The position numbers were made by a program, and so were the translations under genes. The notes under the pieces are model-generated. The model searched no databases, was not told where the DNA came from, and was given only the letters and a program-made list of their open reading frames with translations. From a virus (lineage: Duplodnaviria; Caudoviricetes): a stretch of DNA of 48,893 nucleotides. Of the stretch, positions 17,680 to 27,187 are shown in pieces (the first letter of the stretch is position 1; the number at the start of each line of letters is the position of its first letter). Location: the IMG/VR virus record IMGVR_UViG_3300043764_000023, positions 1-48,893 of that record. One strand, 5' to 3'.

Positions 17680-18796
17680 CTAGCACAAGTCCCTTCGTTT
17701 TGTCTTCAAATGGAGCTAATAACTGCTCTGCAACACTATCGTCCATAAATGGTATCTGTACCATAAAAGTATCTCCGTCAAGTAATAATCCACGACCTGC
17801 GATTCCTCCAAGTTTCTCAGCTCCTTCACGATCTAAGATAATCTTACTATTTGCAGTATCACCAGTTGTAAACGCTAATCTTGTTAAAATATTTGCTTTC
17901 AGTCTTGGCTTCATGACTGTACTGGCATCAGGTCTTTGACTTGCAAGAATCAAGTGAACATTTACATATCCCGCTGTTTCTGCGATTTCTTCGAGCATTT
18001 TCATCAGTTCTTTGTTTTCAGCAAGCCTTGCGACTTCATCAATACAGACAAAAATCGGAGAAAATTCGTGGTAGTGGTTCAGAGCGTGGTTTTTGACACC
18101 TTTCGCATCTGCGACTTTCCGTAAGTCAGGGTGATGTAATAAGAGTTTCGAGCGACGTTTGTATTCAGCTATCACACTTTCAAGCATTTCCATTGCTTGT
18201 TCTTCGTCCATTGAGAGTGTAACGTTAGGTAAGCGAAAGAACGGGTAAAAATCTTTAATTTTCGCACTAGAGATATGGAGCTTCATACTTCCTTTTGTTT
18301 GAACGTAGAGGGAAGTTAGTGTATAAAGAAGAAACTTCGTTTTCCCCATACGTGTTGCTCCCCCGTTAAGTAGATGACAACTAGCCCCGTCTTCAAAATC
18401 TAAGGTCATTTCCCCGTATGCGGTTGGTAAATAGATTTTAAGCGTTCCATCATGGAGCATATCTTCTTTAAAGATAACGTGCGATAAGTCGTTGATTCCA
18501 AACAAGATCGTCGTCCATCGACCTTTCTTTTCTTCAATTTTAGCATCTAACGCTCCGAGGTCATCAACGAGCTTAGGTAGTATCTTCAGTAAATCATCAT
18601 TTGTTTTCTTCGAGCTAAGACCAATCGTTACAGATAGATATGTCTTAGTTTTTATAATCGTCCCGACCTGACAACCAAAGAACCCTTTTTCCTGAAGCAC
18701 ATTGTAGATAATCTCCGTTTCACCTGATAACTTTGTTTCATCGTGTCGAATCTTTCGGTACAGACCGTAAGCTAAGGCAGCAGCTGTAAGATACAT
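17591..18796 (-). CDS. FtsK/SpoIIIE-family ATPase
   Basis: HLLNGGATRMGKT, VCIDE, LASQRPD, GRGLL; N-terminal anchor. Confidence 0.9.
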   Translation of the reverse strand: MYLTAAALAYGLYRKIRHDETKLSGETEIIYNVLQEKGFFGCQVGTIIKTKTYLSVTIGLSSKKTNDDLLKILPKLVDDLGALDAKIEEKKGRWTTILFGINDLSHVIFKEDMLHDGTLKIYLPTAYGEMTLDFEDGASCHLLNGGATRMGKTKFLLYTLTSLYVQTKGSMKLHISSAKIKDFYPFFRLPNVTLSMDEEQAMEMLESVIAEYKRRSKLLLHHPDLRKVADAKGVKNHALNHYHEFSPIFVCIDEVARLAENKELMKMLEEIAETAGYVNVHLILASQRPDASTVMKPRLKANILTRLAFTTGDTANSKIILDREGAEKLGGIAGRGLLLDGDTFMVQIPFMDDSVAEQLLAPFEDKTKGLVLDDEKGQSDSALSERVQGLLKKSVSLPDLQ

Positions 18797-19011
18797 TCGC
18801 CCACCACCCTTATCGAATGAAGAAAGATATTATCTATTCCACCTAAAGCTGTACCGAGGAAACTAACCCCGAGCATGGTATGACACGTTACTTCAAGTAA
18901 ACCAATCAATGTAAGACCCCAAAAAGTCCACCCGATTATTTTCCCTTTTGAAATCGGTATTTTCGCTGTTTCGCCTACTGTAATCGGCTTTCCGTTCACT
19001 TTCACAACCAT
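18772..19011 (-). CDS. Small membrane protein of the FtsK operon
   Basis: AAAGGAGG RBS; hydrophobic segment. Confidence 0.7.
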   Translation of the reverse strand: MVVKVNGKPITVGETAKIPISKGKIIGWTFWGLTLIGLLEVTCHTMLGVSFLGTALGGIDNIFLHSIRVVGECILQLLP

Positions 19012-19032
19012 AGTAATAACCCTCCTTTGTAA

Positions 19033-19061
19033 ACTATATGCGTGAATACAGAAAAAGATTA
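19033..19061 (-). promoter_or_regulatory. Putative sigma-E/K type promoter of the FtsK operon
   Basis: On the - strand TAATCTT-14-CATATAGT upstream of the RBS. Confidence 0.45.
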
Positions 19062-19091
19062 TACTTTTCTGAATATTTTTGTATACAGTGT

Positions 19092-19111
19092 CATATGTTA
19101 TATGCTATACT
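19092..19111 (+). promoter_or_regulatory. Extended -10 promoter with operator-like motif
   Basis: CATATGTTATA then TGcTATACT. Confidence 0.5.
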
Positions 19112-19154
19112 CTTTTCAAGCAGTACATAATGGGAGAATTTAGGAGGTTGGGAG

Positions 19155-19631
19155 ATGAAAAAGATTAAGTTATCTAACGCTGATGATTATACGTTAGTTG
19201 ACGACGAAGATTACCCGATATTAAGTAGGTACACATGGAGAAAAGACCCTAAAGGGTACGCTGTAACTGGATTTATGGGTACGACAATTAGGTTACACAG
19301 ATTTATCTTAAACCCACCTAAAGACGTACAGATAGACCACGTTAATTGTGAAAAACTGGATAATAGGAAATCCAATTTAAGGAAAGCGACCAATACTGAG
19401 AACCAAAGAAATGTTAAAAAGAAAACAAGTGTAAACGGTAGGAAAATGTCTAGCAAGTATAAAGGGGTAAACCTTAGAAAATGCACAGGTAAATTTATAG
19501 CTAGAATTTCTGTAAATGGTGAGAGGTTATTTTTAGGTAATTTTCTAACTGAGGAAGAAGCAGCACACGCTTATAATGAAGCTGCATATATCCACTTCGG
19601 AGAGTTTGCTAGGCTGAATAAAGTAATTTAG
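19155..19631 (+). CDS. HNH-AP2 homing endonuclease
   Basis: LHRFI, IDHVN..KLDNRKSNLR, SKYKGV, EAAHAYNEAA...GEFARLN. Confidence 0.9.
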   Translation: MKKIKLSNADDYTLVDDEDYPILSRYTWRKDPKGYAVTGFMGTTIRLHRFILNPPKDVQIDHVNCEKLDNRKSNLRKATNTENQRNVKKKTSVNGRKMSSKYKGVNLRKCTGKFIARISVNGERLFLGNFLTEEEAAHAYNEAAYIHFGEFARLNKVI

Positions 19632-19642
19632 GGGGTTGTTTT

Positions 19643-20134
19643 ATGAAGATTTTGTGTTTTGACCCAAGTGGTTCATTTGGTCGAGAAGGTTCAGGCACAT
19701 CAGGATACGCTGTATTCTTTGAAAAAGAACTAAACGATTTTGGAGAAATCAAAGCAAGTGACTACAAAGAGCAGCTAGATTATTTTCACGCACATAAAGA
19801 ACTAATACTGAAACTAAAGCCTGAGAGAATTGTTTGTGAGTCCTACAGACTTCATGGAGGGAAAGCAAAAGCACAAAGCGGAAGTAGTTTAGATACGCCA
19901 AGACTAATTGGTTATCTTCAGATGGTCGCATATGAGCTGAAAATTGAATTTATCTTACAAGACCCTAGCATAAAAACTAGAGTCGCTGATCCTATCCTAA
20001 CAAGACTCGGAGTGTTTACGAAAAAAGGAACAAAACACTATTGTATGGGACGTTCGACTTCCTTACACGTAAGGGACGCAATACGTCATGGGTTGTTTTA
20101 TTTACGTTATAAATATAAGGAGGAAGTGAAATAA
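19643..20134 (+). CDS. RuvC-like Holliday junction resolvase
   Basis: ILCFDPSG, IVCESY, HVRDAIRHG. Confidence 0.75.
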   Translation: MKILCFDPSGSFGREGSGTSGYAVFFEKELNDFGEIKASDYKEQLDYFHAHKELILKLKPERIVCESYRLHGGKAKAQSGSSLDTPRLIGYLQMVAYELKIEFILQDPSIKTRVADPILTRLGVFTKKGTKHYCMGRSTSLHVRDAIRHGLFYLRYKYKEEVK

Positions 20135-20277
20135 TGCCTGAAGTAGACTGGCTAATTGCAATTATTGGTATTGAAGCGATTTTCATTGCCTTTTTAGTAA
20201 CAAGTAGACTTGAATACAAAAACGAAGCTGAGTATTGGAAGGATACTTATTTCAAATCAAGGAGAGATAAGAAATGA
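20134..20277 (+). CDS. Small single-TM protein (47 aa)
   Basis: AGGAGG RBS; overlaps both neighbours. Confidence 0.6.
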   Translation: MPEVDWLIAIIGIEAIFIAFLVTSRLEYKNEAEYWKDTYFKSRRDKK

Positions 20278-20900
20278 AAATAGTTGAACAACAAGCAATA
20301 TTTAGATGGGCAACTCCTAATATTGGAGAGCAGATTGAAAAATCACTTCGTAAATGCTACCAGTCAGAAGATAAAATTAAAGAAGGATCAGCGGAACGAA
20401 TCTATAACCAAGTAGTGAAGCAGTCAGGTCATCAATCTGTCGCAGAACATGGAGTAATTTCCCTTGATTTAGTAACTGATAGAGCAACAATGGCTCAACT
20501 AACAAGACATCGTTTGTTCAGCTTTAGTATATCTTCTCAGCGTTACATTAACTTATCGAAGGAAAAGTTTGGCGGAGAGATTGAGGTTATTAAACCTTAT
20601 GATATTTCAACTGGTTCAGAAGCATGGAAAGTTTGGAAAAATACTATGCAGATTGTTGAAGGGGCTTATTTCAGCTTAATTGAGACAGGCTGTAAACCTG
20701 AAGTAGCTCGTTCCGTCTTACCAAACTCAGCAGTTGCAAGAATAAGTATTACTGGTAATGTACGAGTTTGGCGAAATTTCTTTCAGCTTAGGTCGGACAC
20801 TCATGCTCAAAAAGATATTCAGTACCTATCTCACTTAATCTATCAATCTATGATGGAAAATGGTATTCCTGAGTATTTATTTTCAGACATTATGAAATAA
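20274..20900 (+). CDS. thyX: FAD-dependent thymidylate synthase
   Basis: GHQSVAEH, QLTRHRLFSFSISSQRY, EVARSVLPN, HAQ. Confidence 0.93.
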   Translation: MKIVEQQAIFRWATPNIGEQIEKSLRKCYQSEDKIKEGSAERIYNQVVKQSGHQSVAEHGVISLDLVTDRATMAQLTRHRLFSFSISSQRYINLSKEKFGGEIEVIKPYDISTGSEAWKVWKNTMQIVEGAYFSLIETGCKPEVARSVLPNSAVARISITGNVRVWRNFFQLRSDTHAQKDIQYLSHLIYQSMMENGIPEYLFSDIMK

Positions 20901-20913
20901 AGGAGCTGTAAAC

Positions 20914-21090
20914 ATGGAAGAAAATGAGCAAGTAATGATTAGTAAAGAAGAAATGAGCGAATACATTTATAATGAACTAATTGAGGAAGGTTTAGCTCCA
21001 ACTGAGGAAGAAACCAAAATACTTGCTAGAATCTTCTTTGATTTCCTATATGATAAAGGTGCATTTTCATATGTGGAGGATGAGGACTGA
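20914..21090 (+). CDS. YozD-like small acidic protein (58 aa)
   Basis: ISKEEMSEYIYNELIEEGLAPTEEE...IFFDFLYDK resembles Bacillus YozD. Confidence 0.55.
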   Translation: MEENEQVMISKEEMSEYIYNELIEEGLAPTEEETKILARIFFDFLYDKGAFSYVEDED

Positions 21091-21734
21091 TGGGACTTCC
21101 AAAATCGGCTGAATTATTCTTTGGGATTAAACTAACGAAAGAACAAAAGGTATTTGTGGATGCTATTTTTACTAAAAATGTTGTGTTTATTAATAGTCGT
21201 GCTGGCTGTGGTAAAACCTCCATAACAGTCGGGTGTGCAAAAATCATGGGAAAACCCCTTCATTACATCTTCCCGACAGTGGAAGAAGGAGCGTTAGGCT
21301 ACTCGAAGGGGTCAATTCAGGAAAAAGAATCAAAGTATATCACTCCGCTTATAGATGCCTTAGAAGCAATTGGAGATAATCCTTCAAAAGCGATCTATAA
21401 CGAAGACGATATGCAGCAATTGAAACAAGGTACAGCTTGGGTAAAAGCGTACTCACATAATTATATGCGTGGAAGTAACTTAAAAGACTGCTTTGTTTTT
21501 ATTGACGAAGCACAAAATTTAACGAAAAAAGAGCTAAAGCGTATTTTGACACGAATACATGATAGCTGTACAGTTGTCGTAGCTGGTGATATAAACCAAG
21601 TTGATATAAAAGAAAGAGAAAGTGGCTTCATCCCTTACCTAAAACACTTTGAGGATACAGACTTTACAGCGGTTTGTGAACTGACTGTTAATTTTAGAGG
21701 GAAAGTAAGTTCACATGCGGAGGTACTTGTATGA
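21090..21734 (+). CDS. phoH: PhoH-family ATPase
   Basis: AGCGKT, YMRGSNL, IDEAQN, LTRI, GDINQVD. Confidence 0.9.
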   Translation: MGLPKSAELFFGIKLTKEQKVFVDAIFTKNVVFINSRAGCGKTSITVGCAKIMGKPLHYIFPTVEEGALGYSKGSIQEKESKYITPLIDALEAIGDNPSKAIYNEDDMQQLKQGTAWVKAYSHNYMRGSNLKDCFVFIDEAQNLTKKELKRILTRIHDSCTVVVAGDINQVDIKERESGFIPYLKHFEDTDFTAVCELTVNFRGKVSSHAEVLV

Positions 21735-22102
21735 GTTTTGCACCACTAGATATTAAACCACAATGCCATGTATGTAACTATGAGTTTAGTGGTGATGATT
21801 TAATAACCCGAATAGACTTTAAAATTTACTGTCAGACTTGCAGACCTGATAAACCTAAAAGTGGGACTGACCCATTATACAAACCATCTGATCCACTCAA
21901 CCCATCTCATTACCATCATGGAGGGTTAGATGTTTTCACGATTATGGACAAGAATATGCCCCATATGCTTGAAGGGTTTTACTTTGGAAACGTCCTGAAG
22001 TACATTATGAGGTATGAACATAAAAACGGGGTAGAAGACCTCCGTAAAGCAAGACGTTACTTAGATGAATTAATAGCAATCAAAACGAAAGACCTAGATT
22101 AA
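21731..22102 (+). CDS. DUF3310-family protein with N-terminal Zn finger
   Basis: NPSHY, GNVLKYIMR..HKNGVEDLRKA..YL; CHVC...CQTC. Confidence 0.8.
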   Translation: MSFAPLDIKPQCHVCNYEFSGDDLITRIDFKIYCQTCRPDKPKSGTDPLYKPSDPLNPSHYHHGGLDVFTIMDKNMPHMLEGFYFGNVLKYIMRYEHKNGVEDLRKARRYLDELIAIKTKDLD

Positions 22103-22116
22103 TTTCTAGGTCTTTT
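22088..22116. terminator. Terminator at the convergence of replication and late transcripts
   Basis: AAAGACCTAGA-ttaatt-TCTAGGTCTTT. Confidence 0.75.
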
Positions 22117-22177
22117 CATTTACACTACTGATTTATAGGGTGAGTAATTACCTCAATCACTCTTAACTAGCTTGTCC

Positions 22178-22783
22178 TTATTTACTACGAAGTATGTTAA
22201 GAAGTTTTGTGTTATCCTCAGACGATCCGCTGTAATAATTCATTCCATTTGCTTTAGCTAATTTCTGACGACTAACAAAGTCAGTCGGTTTGTTAATCGA
22301 AGCTAGGTAGTCCACTAAACTAACTCCTGTGTAAGCAGGTTTAGGCGGTGCTGTTACGAATAACTGACGTTCTGCTTCACGTCGTCTTGTTAAGCCCGCT
22401 AAGACCACTCCACCCGCTTTATTCCACTTCGCAAACTCGAGTGCAGCACTCGTAAAGTCACGCTTGTTCACAAATTTTAAAAGGTCAGACGATCCTAAAT
22501 TACCTAATCCGCAATTATAGGCGAATGAGACTAACGCATCAAATTGGTACTGGTTAACCGTCGTTTTTAATAAGTTATTCACTCCGTCAACGAACTTTTG
22601 AAGGTCATTTTTCAGCATATCTTCAGCTTGCTGAATTGTGATAACCTGACCAGCTCTTACATCAGCCCCGTAATGCCCATATCCAATCGTGTTGTACTTT
22701 TCTTTCCCAGTCGCATTGTAGGCTTTTAACTGAAGACCTTCGAACGATTTAATTAAGTCAATACCTTTTTGGTCAATGTTCAT
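22178..22783 (-). CDS. Endolysin: GH24 lysozyme + DUF3597-like cell-wall binding domain
   Basis: FEGLQLKAY...[27 protein letters not shown]; SLVDYL...R.KLA...YSGS..DN. Confidence 0.92.
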   Translation of the reverse strand: MNIDQKGIDLIKSFEGLQLKAYNATGKEKYNTIGYGHYGADVRAGQVITIQQAEDMLKNDLQKFVDGVNNLLKTTVNQYQFDALVSFAYNCGLGNLGSSDLLKFVNKRDFTSAALEFAKWNKAGGVVLAGLTRRREAERQLFVTAPPKPAYTGVSLVDYLASINKPTDFVSRQKLAKANGMNYYSGSSEDNTKLLNILRSK

Positions 22784-23097
22784 TTTGCATCCTCCTTTTT
22801 CGATCTCATAAATTCACGTAGTTCTTTGTGCATTTGTTTCAACTCTTTCATTTCTGCAAGTAAGGTTTTATGGTCTTGAACTGCTCTTTTTTCTGCTGCT
22901 CTACCGAGTACCACTTGCCCCACCATCAGTAGTGGTAAGCTCCAAAGCTGAACCGTATTACTCCAGTATAAGAAAGTATCCATATACTTAGGAAACAGTA
23001 TTGGCAGGAAACCATATAAGAATAACGCATAGGTTGTCCACATACTCCCGAAAAGTAACGTCCCTTTAACAGCTACTTTCTCATTAAAGGTTTTCAC
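22780..23097 (-). CDS. DUF1003-like membrane protein in the lysis cassette
   Basis: [17 protein letters not shown]...RA..DH; GTG start inferred. Confidence 0.6.
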   Translation of the reverse strand: MKTFNEKVAVKGTLLFGSMWTTYALFLYGFLPILFPKYMDTFLYWSNTVQLWSLPLLMVGQVVLGRAAEKRAVQDHKTLLAEMKELKQMHKELREFMRSKKEDAK

Positions 23098-23290
23098 TTT
23101 GTTTTTTCTCACTTTCCTTTTGATGATTAGTGTAAATACCCCAAATTGTGATGATCGTTGACCCAATCACAGAACCATACGTTGCGATTAGATCCTGTGT
23201 ATCATTTTTAATCGTGTGACCTGTTACTGCTGCAATCGCTAAACAAATAACTGAAATCACTGGCAAAATAGCTGTTTTACTGATTTTCAT
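23084..23290 (-). CDS. Putative holin (two TM)
   Basis: Two hydrophobic helices, charged tail, upstream of the lysin. Confidence 0.6.
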   Translation of the reverse strand: MKISKTAILPVISVICLAIAAVTGHTIKNDTQDLIATYGSVIGSTIITIWGIYTNHQKESEKKQSENL

Positions 23291-23293
23291 TCC

Positions 23294-23521
23294 CTATTCC
23301 CCCTTGTCGTCTGTTAAAATTTGTTTTATTTCATTCACATCTCTTGAGAGTGAAGTGAACGCTTTTGATTGTTCTTCGATGACTTTTTGATTTTTTGTAA
23401 TGACTTTTTGATACTCAAGCTCACGTTTTTCGTTTATTGCCTGAGTTTTCCACAACAACCAAACAAAAAGTGCTGCAAAAAATCCTTGTTTAATCACCCC
23501 ATCAATAATTGCCATTTCCAT
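23294..23521 (-). CDS. BhlA/UviB-family holin-like protein
   Basis: QGFFAALFVWLL...KRE..YQ..I. Confidence 0.8.
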   Translation of the reverse strand: MEMAIIDGVIKQGFFAALFVWLLWKTQAINEKRELEYQKVITKNQKVIEEQSKAFTSLSRDVNEIKQILTDDKGE

Positions 23522-23533
23522 GAAAATTTCCCC

Positions 23534-26500
23534 CTAGTTTCCATTTGTTTTTGCTTGAGATAGTGAAACAAAATAGCTCTGTACTGCTTGTCTGATTTTA
23601 TCTAGGGTGCTTGTGTCTTTGTTGCTGTTATTCATAAATGGCTTCGCAAAGCTACCAAATGCTCCGATTTGACCAAGTGCATAAGGAAGTAAATCGTTTC
23701 CTTGTACGGTTTTATTTTTAAAGTCAATCGGATTACCTGTGAAGTAATTATGGTTGCTCGAAAGTTCCAGTGGTGCTTTGATGAATGGCGATGATGACGA
23801 AATTAAACTAGATACAGGACGACCAAGTTGCTCAAGGTCATTGCTTGGGAACGGAATATTCATGTACTGGTTAGTAAATGGAATATGAAGACCGCCCTGT
23901 TTCTGATAGTCAGCTCCGTCCGCATTTTCGTTAAATGCTGATTTTAAACGCTGAGTGTTCTCTATATATTTCGGATTTTCCATCACCATTTTAAGCTGTA
24001 ATGGAATATTTCTTTTCATCCAGTTCCAAAACGGTACAACAGCCCTCATATGACGGTCAGCGTTCGTGTTTTCTGTGTAGTTGAAAAGGTACGTTCTGAC
24101 CTGTTCTGCTGCTTTTTTCACATTACCATTGTTCTTTTCAAGACCGTTTATAAAGTTCGCTAGACGGTAAGGATCGTCAATCCCTTCCCCTTTATGTCTT
24201 GCAAATTTACCAACCTTAGAATCTAGTAACTTACTATTTAGTCCTTCAAGTTTATCAGCGGTTTTATTAAGGATGCTGTTAGGATGCTCGCCAACTTTTG
24301 AAGAAAAGTGTGTCGTGTCAGCCATGTACCCTCCATTAATGACATTATGCTTAAAAGCTGCATCCATAATCATTTGCTCTGAATGGGTGAGTTCTGCTCC
24401 GCTTTTCCACTTTTTCATCAAGCTGAACGCTTTCCCGTAGTCCTTCATCCTTACACCAGCAGCAAAGTTGATCGCTACGTTACCAATGACGTTATTTAGG
24501 TAATGACTTGGCTTAAAGACGGTTACAGATGTACGGAATAAGCTAGTCACACCGTTCATCACACGCATAAAGCTATTCATCCCTTTACCTGTGAATAGTT
24601 CATCGACACGTTTCATCCCGTCAAGTACCTCAGGTTGCATATAGTGCTGACCTTTACCAAGACCTAAGCGGTTCGCTTCTTGTGGTGAGAGTAATTTAAG
24701 TCCGACCGGTACATCTTTTGGATTACTTTTTAGCATACCGAACTTCTTAAATTCACCGTTCATCATTTTCATGCTACGTGAACGAATACTTTCACGAACA
24801 CGCTTCATAATAACCTGTGACGTGTCGAGATTGTACATTTTCCCTAGTTTATCAAGAGCATCTTGAAGGTGTGCTGTTCGATCAGCGGATAATCCATCTG
24901 TTGCAAGTTCTTTATGAATACCATTAATCACATTGTCACGATCTGCAATTGTTTTAAATCCAGTACGCTCTTGATTGAATGCATTTTTAGCACTTTTCCC
25001 AAGTAACGCTGAACTGTCAGGATGGCTAAGTGTTGCCTGAATACTTTTCATTTCCTCATCGCTAAAGTTCTTAACGTGTGGGAAGTAGTTTTGCATGACT
25101 TTGTCAAGAAGACCTGACCCTCTCTCTTCTTTCGACAACTTACTAAATAACCCCTTCATTGCACCTGCATACTGATTAACTTTGTCCATATTTAGACCAT
25201 CAGTTGTGTGACCGTTAGGGGCTTTTCCTTCTAACTTATAGATAGCTGCCATTTCTTCTTCAGGTTTTAACCCCTTTTTCATCGCATCAAGTGAACTAAG
25301 GTCTTTACGATACTTCGCCATTTCGCCAAATGTCTGATTCATCGCATCTGCATGATGGTTAGCCATGCTATTAACAAAGTCATTAGCTGAGCGAAACGTT
25401 CTTGGGTCGAACGGGTTCTTTGTTGCTAGGGCTTTTTCAAGATTTGTTGTTGGCATCTCAAGTGCGTGATACCCGTTACCAATCACTTTATCAATTTCAT
25501 TAGTTTTTCCGATGGTGTTGACACCATCAAAGTTTTTCATAAAGTCAGCTAGGTCGGAAGCGGGTAATGGACGGATAGCATTTTGACCTCTGTTAAATCC
25601 CTGAAGCTGATTGTGAAGATCATCAACCATGCTTCTTGTCATATTAGCTGGATTGTTTACTCCATAACGTTCCGTTAAAATTTTCATTTGGTCAGCAGGA
25701 TCATACACTTTATTCTGCATGAACATCTCAGGAACTACGTGAGAGAAGTCTTGTCCAAGAGTAGCTTCACTTCTGAAAAGTGGATTTTTAGCCCCGTATT
25801 CTCCAGCTTTTAGGAAATTTTGCTTGCCACCAATCATGTTAACAAGGTTATCCCCACTTTTTGTAAATGGTAAGTTAGGTACATGAAGACCCCAGCTGTT
25901 AATATTTGCATTATGAGCTGTGTTGAACGCACTATCAATGGCATCTGCATTTTTAATGTACTTATCATCAATCACTTTCGCAAGGTTCGGGTATTTCGCT
26001 AAGTCTTGTTGACGAACAGTATCAAGTAAGATGTGGGGGTCTTTTACCATATCTTTTGTCACTTGTAGTCCGTTTTTACCTGCAATCTCCGTCATTTTTG
26101 CGATTTTTGACGCTTCTCCTGCTTTACTTGCAGCAGATAATCCGCCTGTTAGGTAAGTAAGCGGGTCAAGAGCAATATCAAGACCAAGACCCCCTAAAGT
26201 CTTGCTCCACTTGTTATTGACACCGACCTCGTCTTTCATAATGTCAGACCCACGTTTCCATCCAGTGTCCATCCCGTTCAGGAAACCGACTCCGGGAATA
26301 TCTCCCCATGTAAACTTACCATCTGTCCAGTCATCCCACTGGTGCTTTGCTCCGTTTGCGATACCTCGTCCGATGGTGGTGATGGGGTTAAAGTCTTGAA
26401 GCACATTCCAAGCACCGTCTAAAGAAGGGTTTTTAAAAAGACTTTTTATATCATCTACACCATGATAAACGTGATCTGTGACCGCTCCGCCAATCTGACC

Positions 26501-26749
26501 AATTGTGCCTGAGAGCATATCCCAAATACTAAACCCACCATCATTCGCTTTTGGAGCTGTCGCATTTGCAATATCTTTTGCAGATAACATACCTGCATTG
26601 TTGACCATTTTACCCGCGGTGTTCCCAACTGAGGTCAACTTAGAACCAAGACTTCCCCCATTAGGGATAACAGGTATCGACGGATTAACCTTTATATTAT
26701 TAATTTGATTAATTAAATTCTGAACATCAGGTGAGATTGTTCCGCTCAT
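23534..26749 (-). CDS. Large internal virion (DNA ejection) protein
   Basis: 1071 aa, last structural gene; LDPLTYL, PFWNWMKRNIP, SPFIKAPLEL patterns of podophage ejection proteins. Confidence 0.65.
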   Translation of the reverse strand: MSGTISPDVQNLINQINNIKVNPSIPVIPNGGSLGSKLTSVGNTAGKMVNNAGMLSAKDIANATAPKANDGGFSIWDMLSGTIGQIGGAVTDHVYHGVDDIKSLFKNPSLDGAWNVLQDFNPITTIGRGIANGAKHQWDDWTDGKFTWGDIPGVGFLNGMDTGWKRGSDIMKDEVGVNNKWSKTLGGLGLDIALDPLTYLTGGLSAASKAGEASKIAKMTEIAGKNGLQVTKDMVKDPHILLDTVRQQDLAKYPNLAKVIDDKYIKNADAIDSAFNTAHNANINSWGLHVPNLPFTKSGDNLVNMIGGKQNFLKAGEYGAKNPLFRSEATLGQDFSHVVPEMFMQNKVYDPADQMKILTERYGVNNPANMTRSMVDDLHNQLQGFNRGQNAIRPLPASDLADFMKNFDGVNTIGKTNEIDKVIGNGYHALEMPTTNLEKALATKNPFDPRTFRSANDFVNSMANHHADAMNQTFGEMAKYRKDLSSLDAMKKGLKPEEEMAAIYKLEGKAPNGHTTDGLNMDKVNQYAGAMKGLFSKLSKEERGSGLLDKVMQNYFPHVKNFSDEEMKSIQATLSHPDSSALLGKSAKNAFNQERTGFKTIADRDNVINGIHKELATDGLSADRTAHLQDALDKLGKMYNLDTSQVIMKRVRESIRSRSMKMMNGEFKKFGMLKSNPKDVPVGLKLLSPQEANRLGLGKGQHYMQPEVLDGMKRVDELFTGKGMNSFMRVMNGVTSLFRTSVTVFKPSHYLNNVIGNVAINFAAGVRMKDYGKAFSLMKKWKSGAELTHSEQMIMDAAFKHNVINGGYMADTTHFSSKVGEHPNSILNKTADKLEGLNSKLLDSKVGKFARHKGEGIDDPYRLANFINGLEKNNGNVKKAAEQVRTYLFNYTENTNADRHMRAVVPFWNWMKRNIPLQLKMVMENPKYIENTQRLKSAFNENADGADYQKQGGLHIPFTNQYMNIPFPSNDLEQLGRPVSSLISSSSPFIKAPLELSSNHNYFTGNPIDFKNKTVQGNDLLPYALGQIGAFGSFAKPFMNNSNKDTSTLDKIRQAVQSYFVSLSQAKTNGN

Positions 26750-26797
26750 TTTGTCACCTCCATTTATTCTAATTTATGGGATAAAAATAACTCGAAC

Positions 26798-27187
26798 CTA
26801 ATACCACTTGTGAGCATCCCAGTATTGTAAGGCTTTTTCTACCGAACCATAGCGTGAAACTGCATATTTATACGTTAAAACGATTTGGTCAGCGGGGTTA
26901 TTATAGTTTAAGTTTGGGTACTGCTTCGCATAGTTACGAACTGTACCGTTTAAGAACTGACCATACCCGTGAGCTGTACTCGTTGGGTTTTTTGAGTTCG
27001 GATTAAGTCCGCTTTCACGAGCAATTAGCTCAGTTAAATTTCGTGTTTCATTAGCTGGCACACCTTTATTAATCGCTTGTGACATATGCTGATTAAATGT
27101 TCTCATACTAGACGTATTATTGAACTGAGGTGATTTCCAGTAATTATTGTATGTCCCTGTCCCTCCTCCACTCGTATTTGTCGTTAC
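26798..27187 (-). CDS. SLT-like lytic transglycosylase domain, probably expressed by -1 frameshift from the upstream gene
   Basis: LIARESGLNPNSKNPTSTAHGYGQF, RYGS; no RBS before ATG 27106; frame open back to the slippery site. Confidence 0.75.
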   Translation of the reverse strand, partial: VTTNTSGGGTGTYNNYWKSPQFNNTSSMRTFNQHMSQAINKGVPANETRNLTELIARESGLNPNSKNPTSTAHGYGQFLNGTVRNYAKQYPNLNYNNPADQIVLTYKYAVSRYGSVEKALQYWDAHKWY

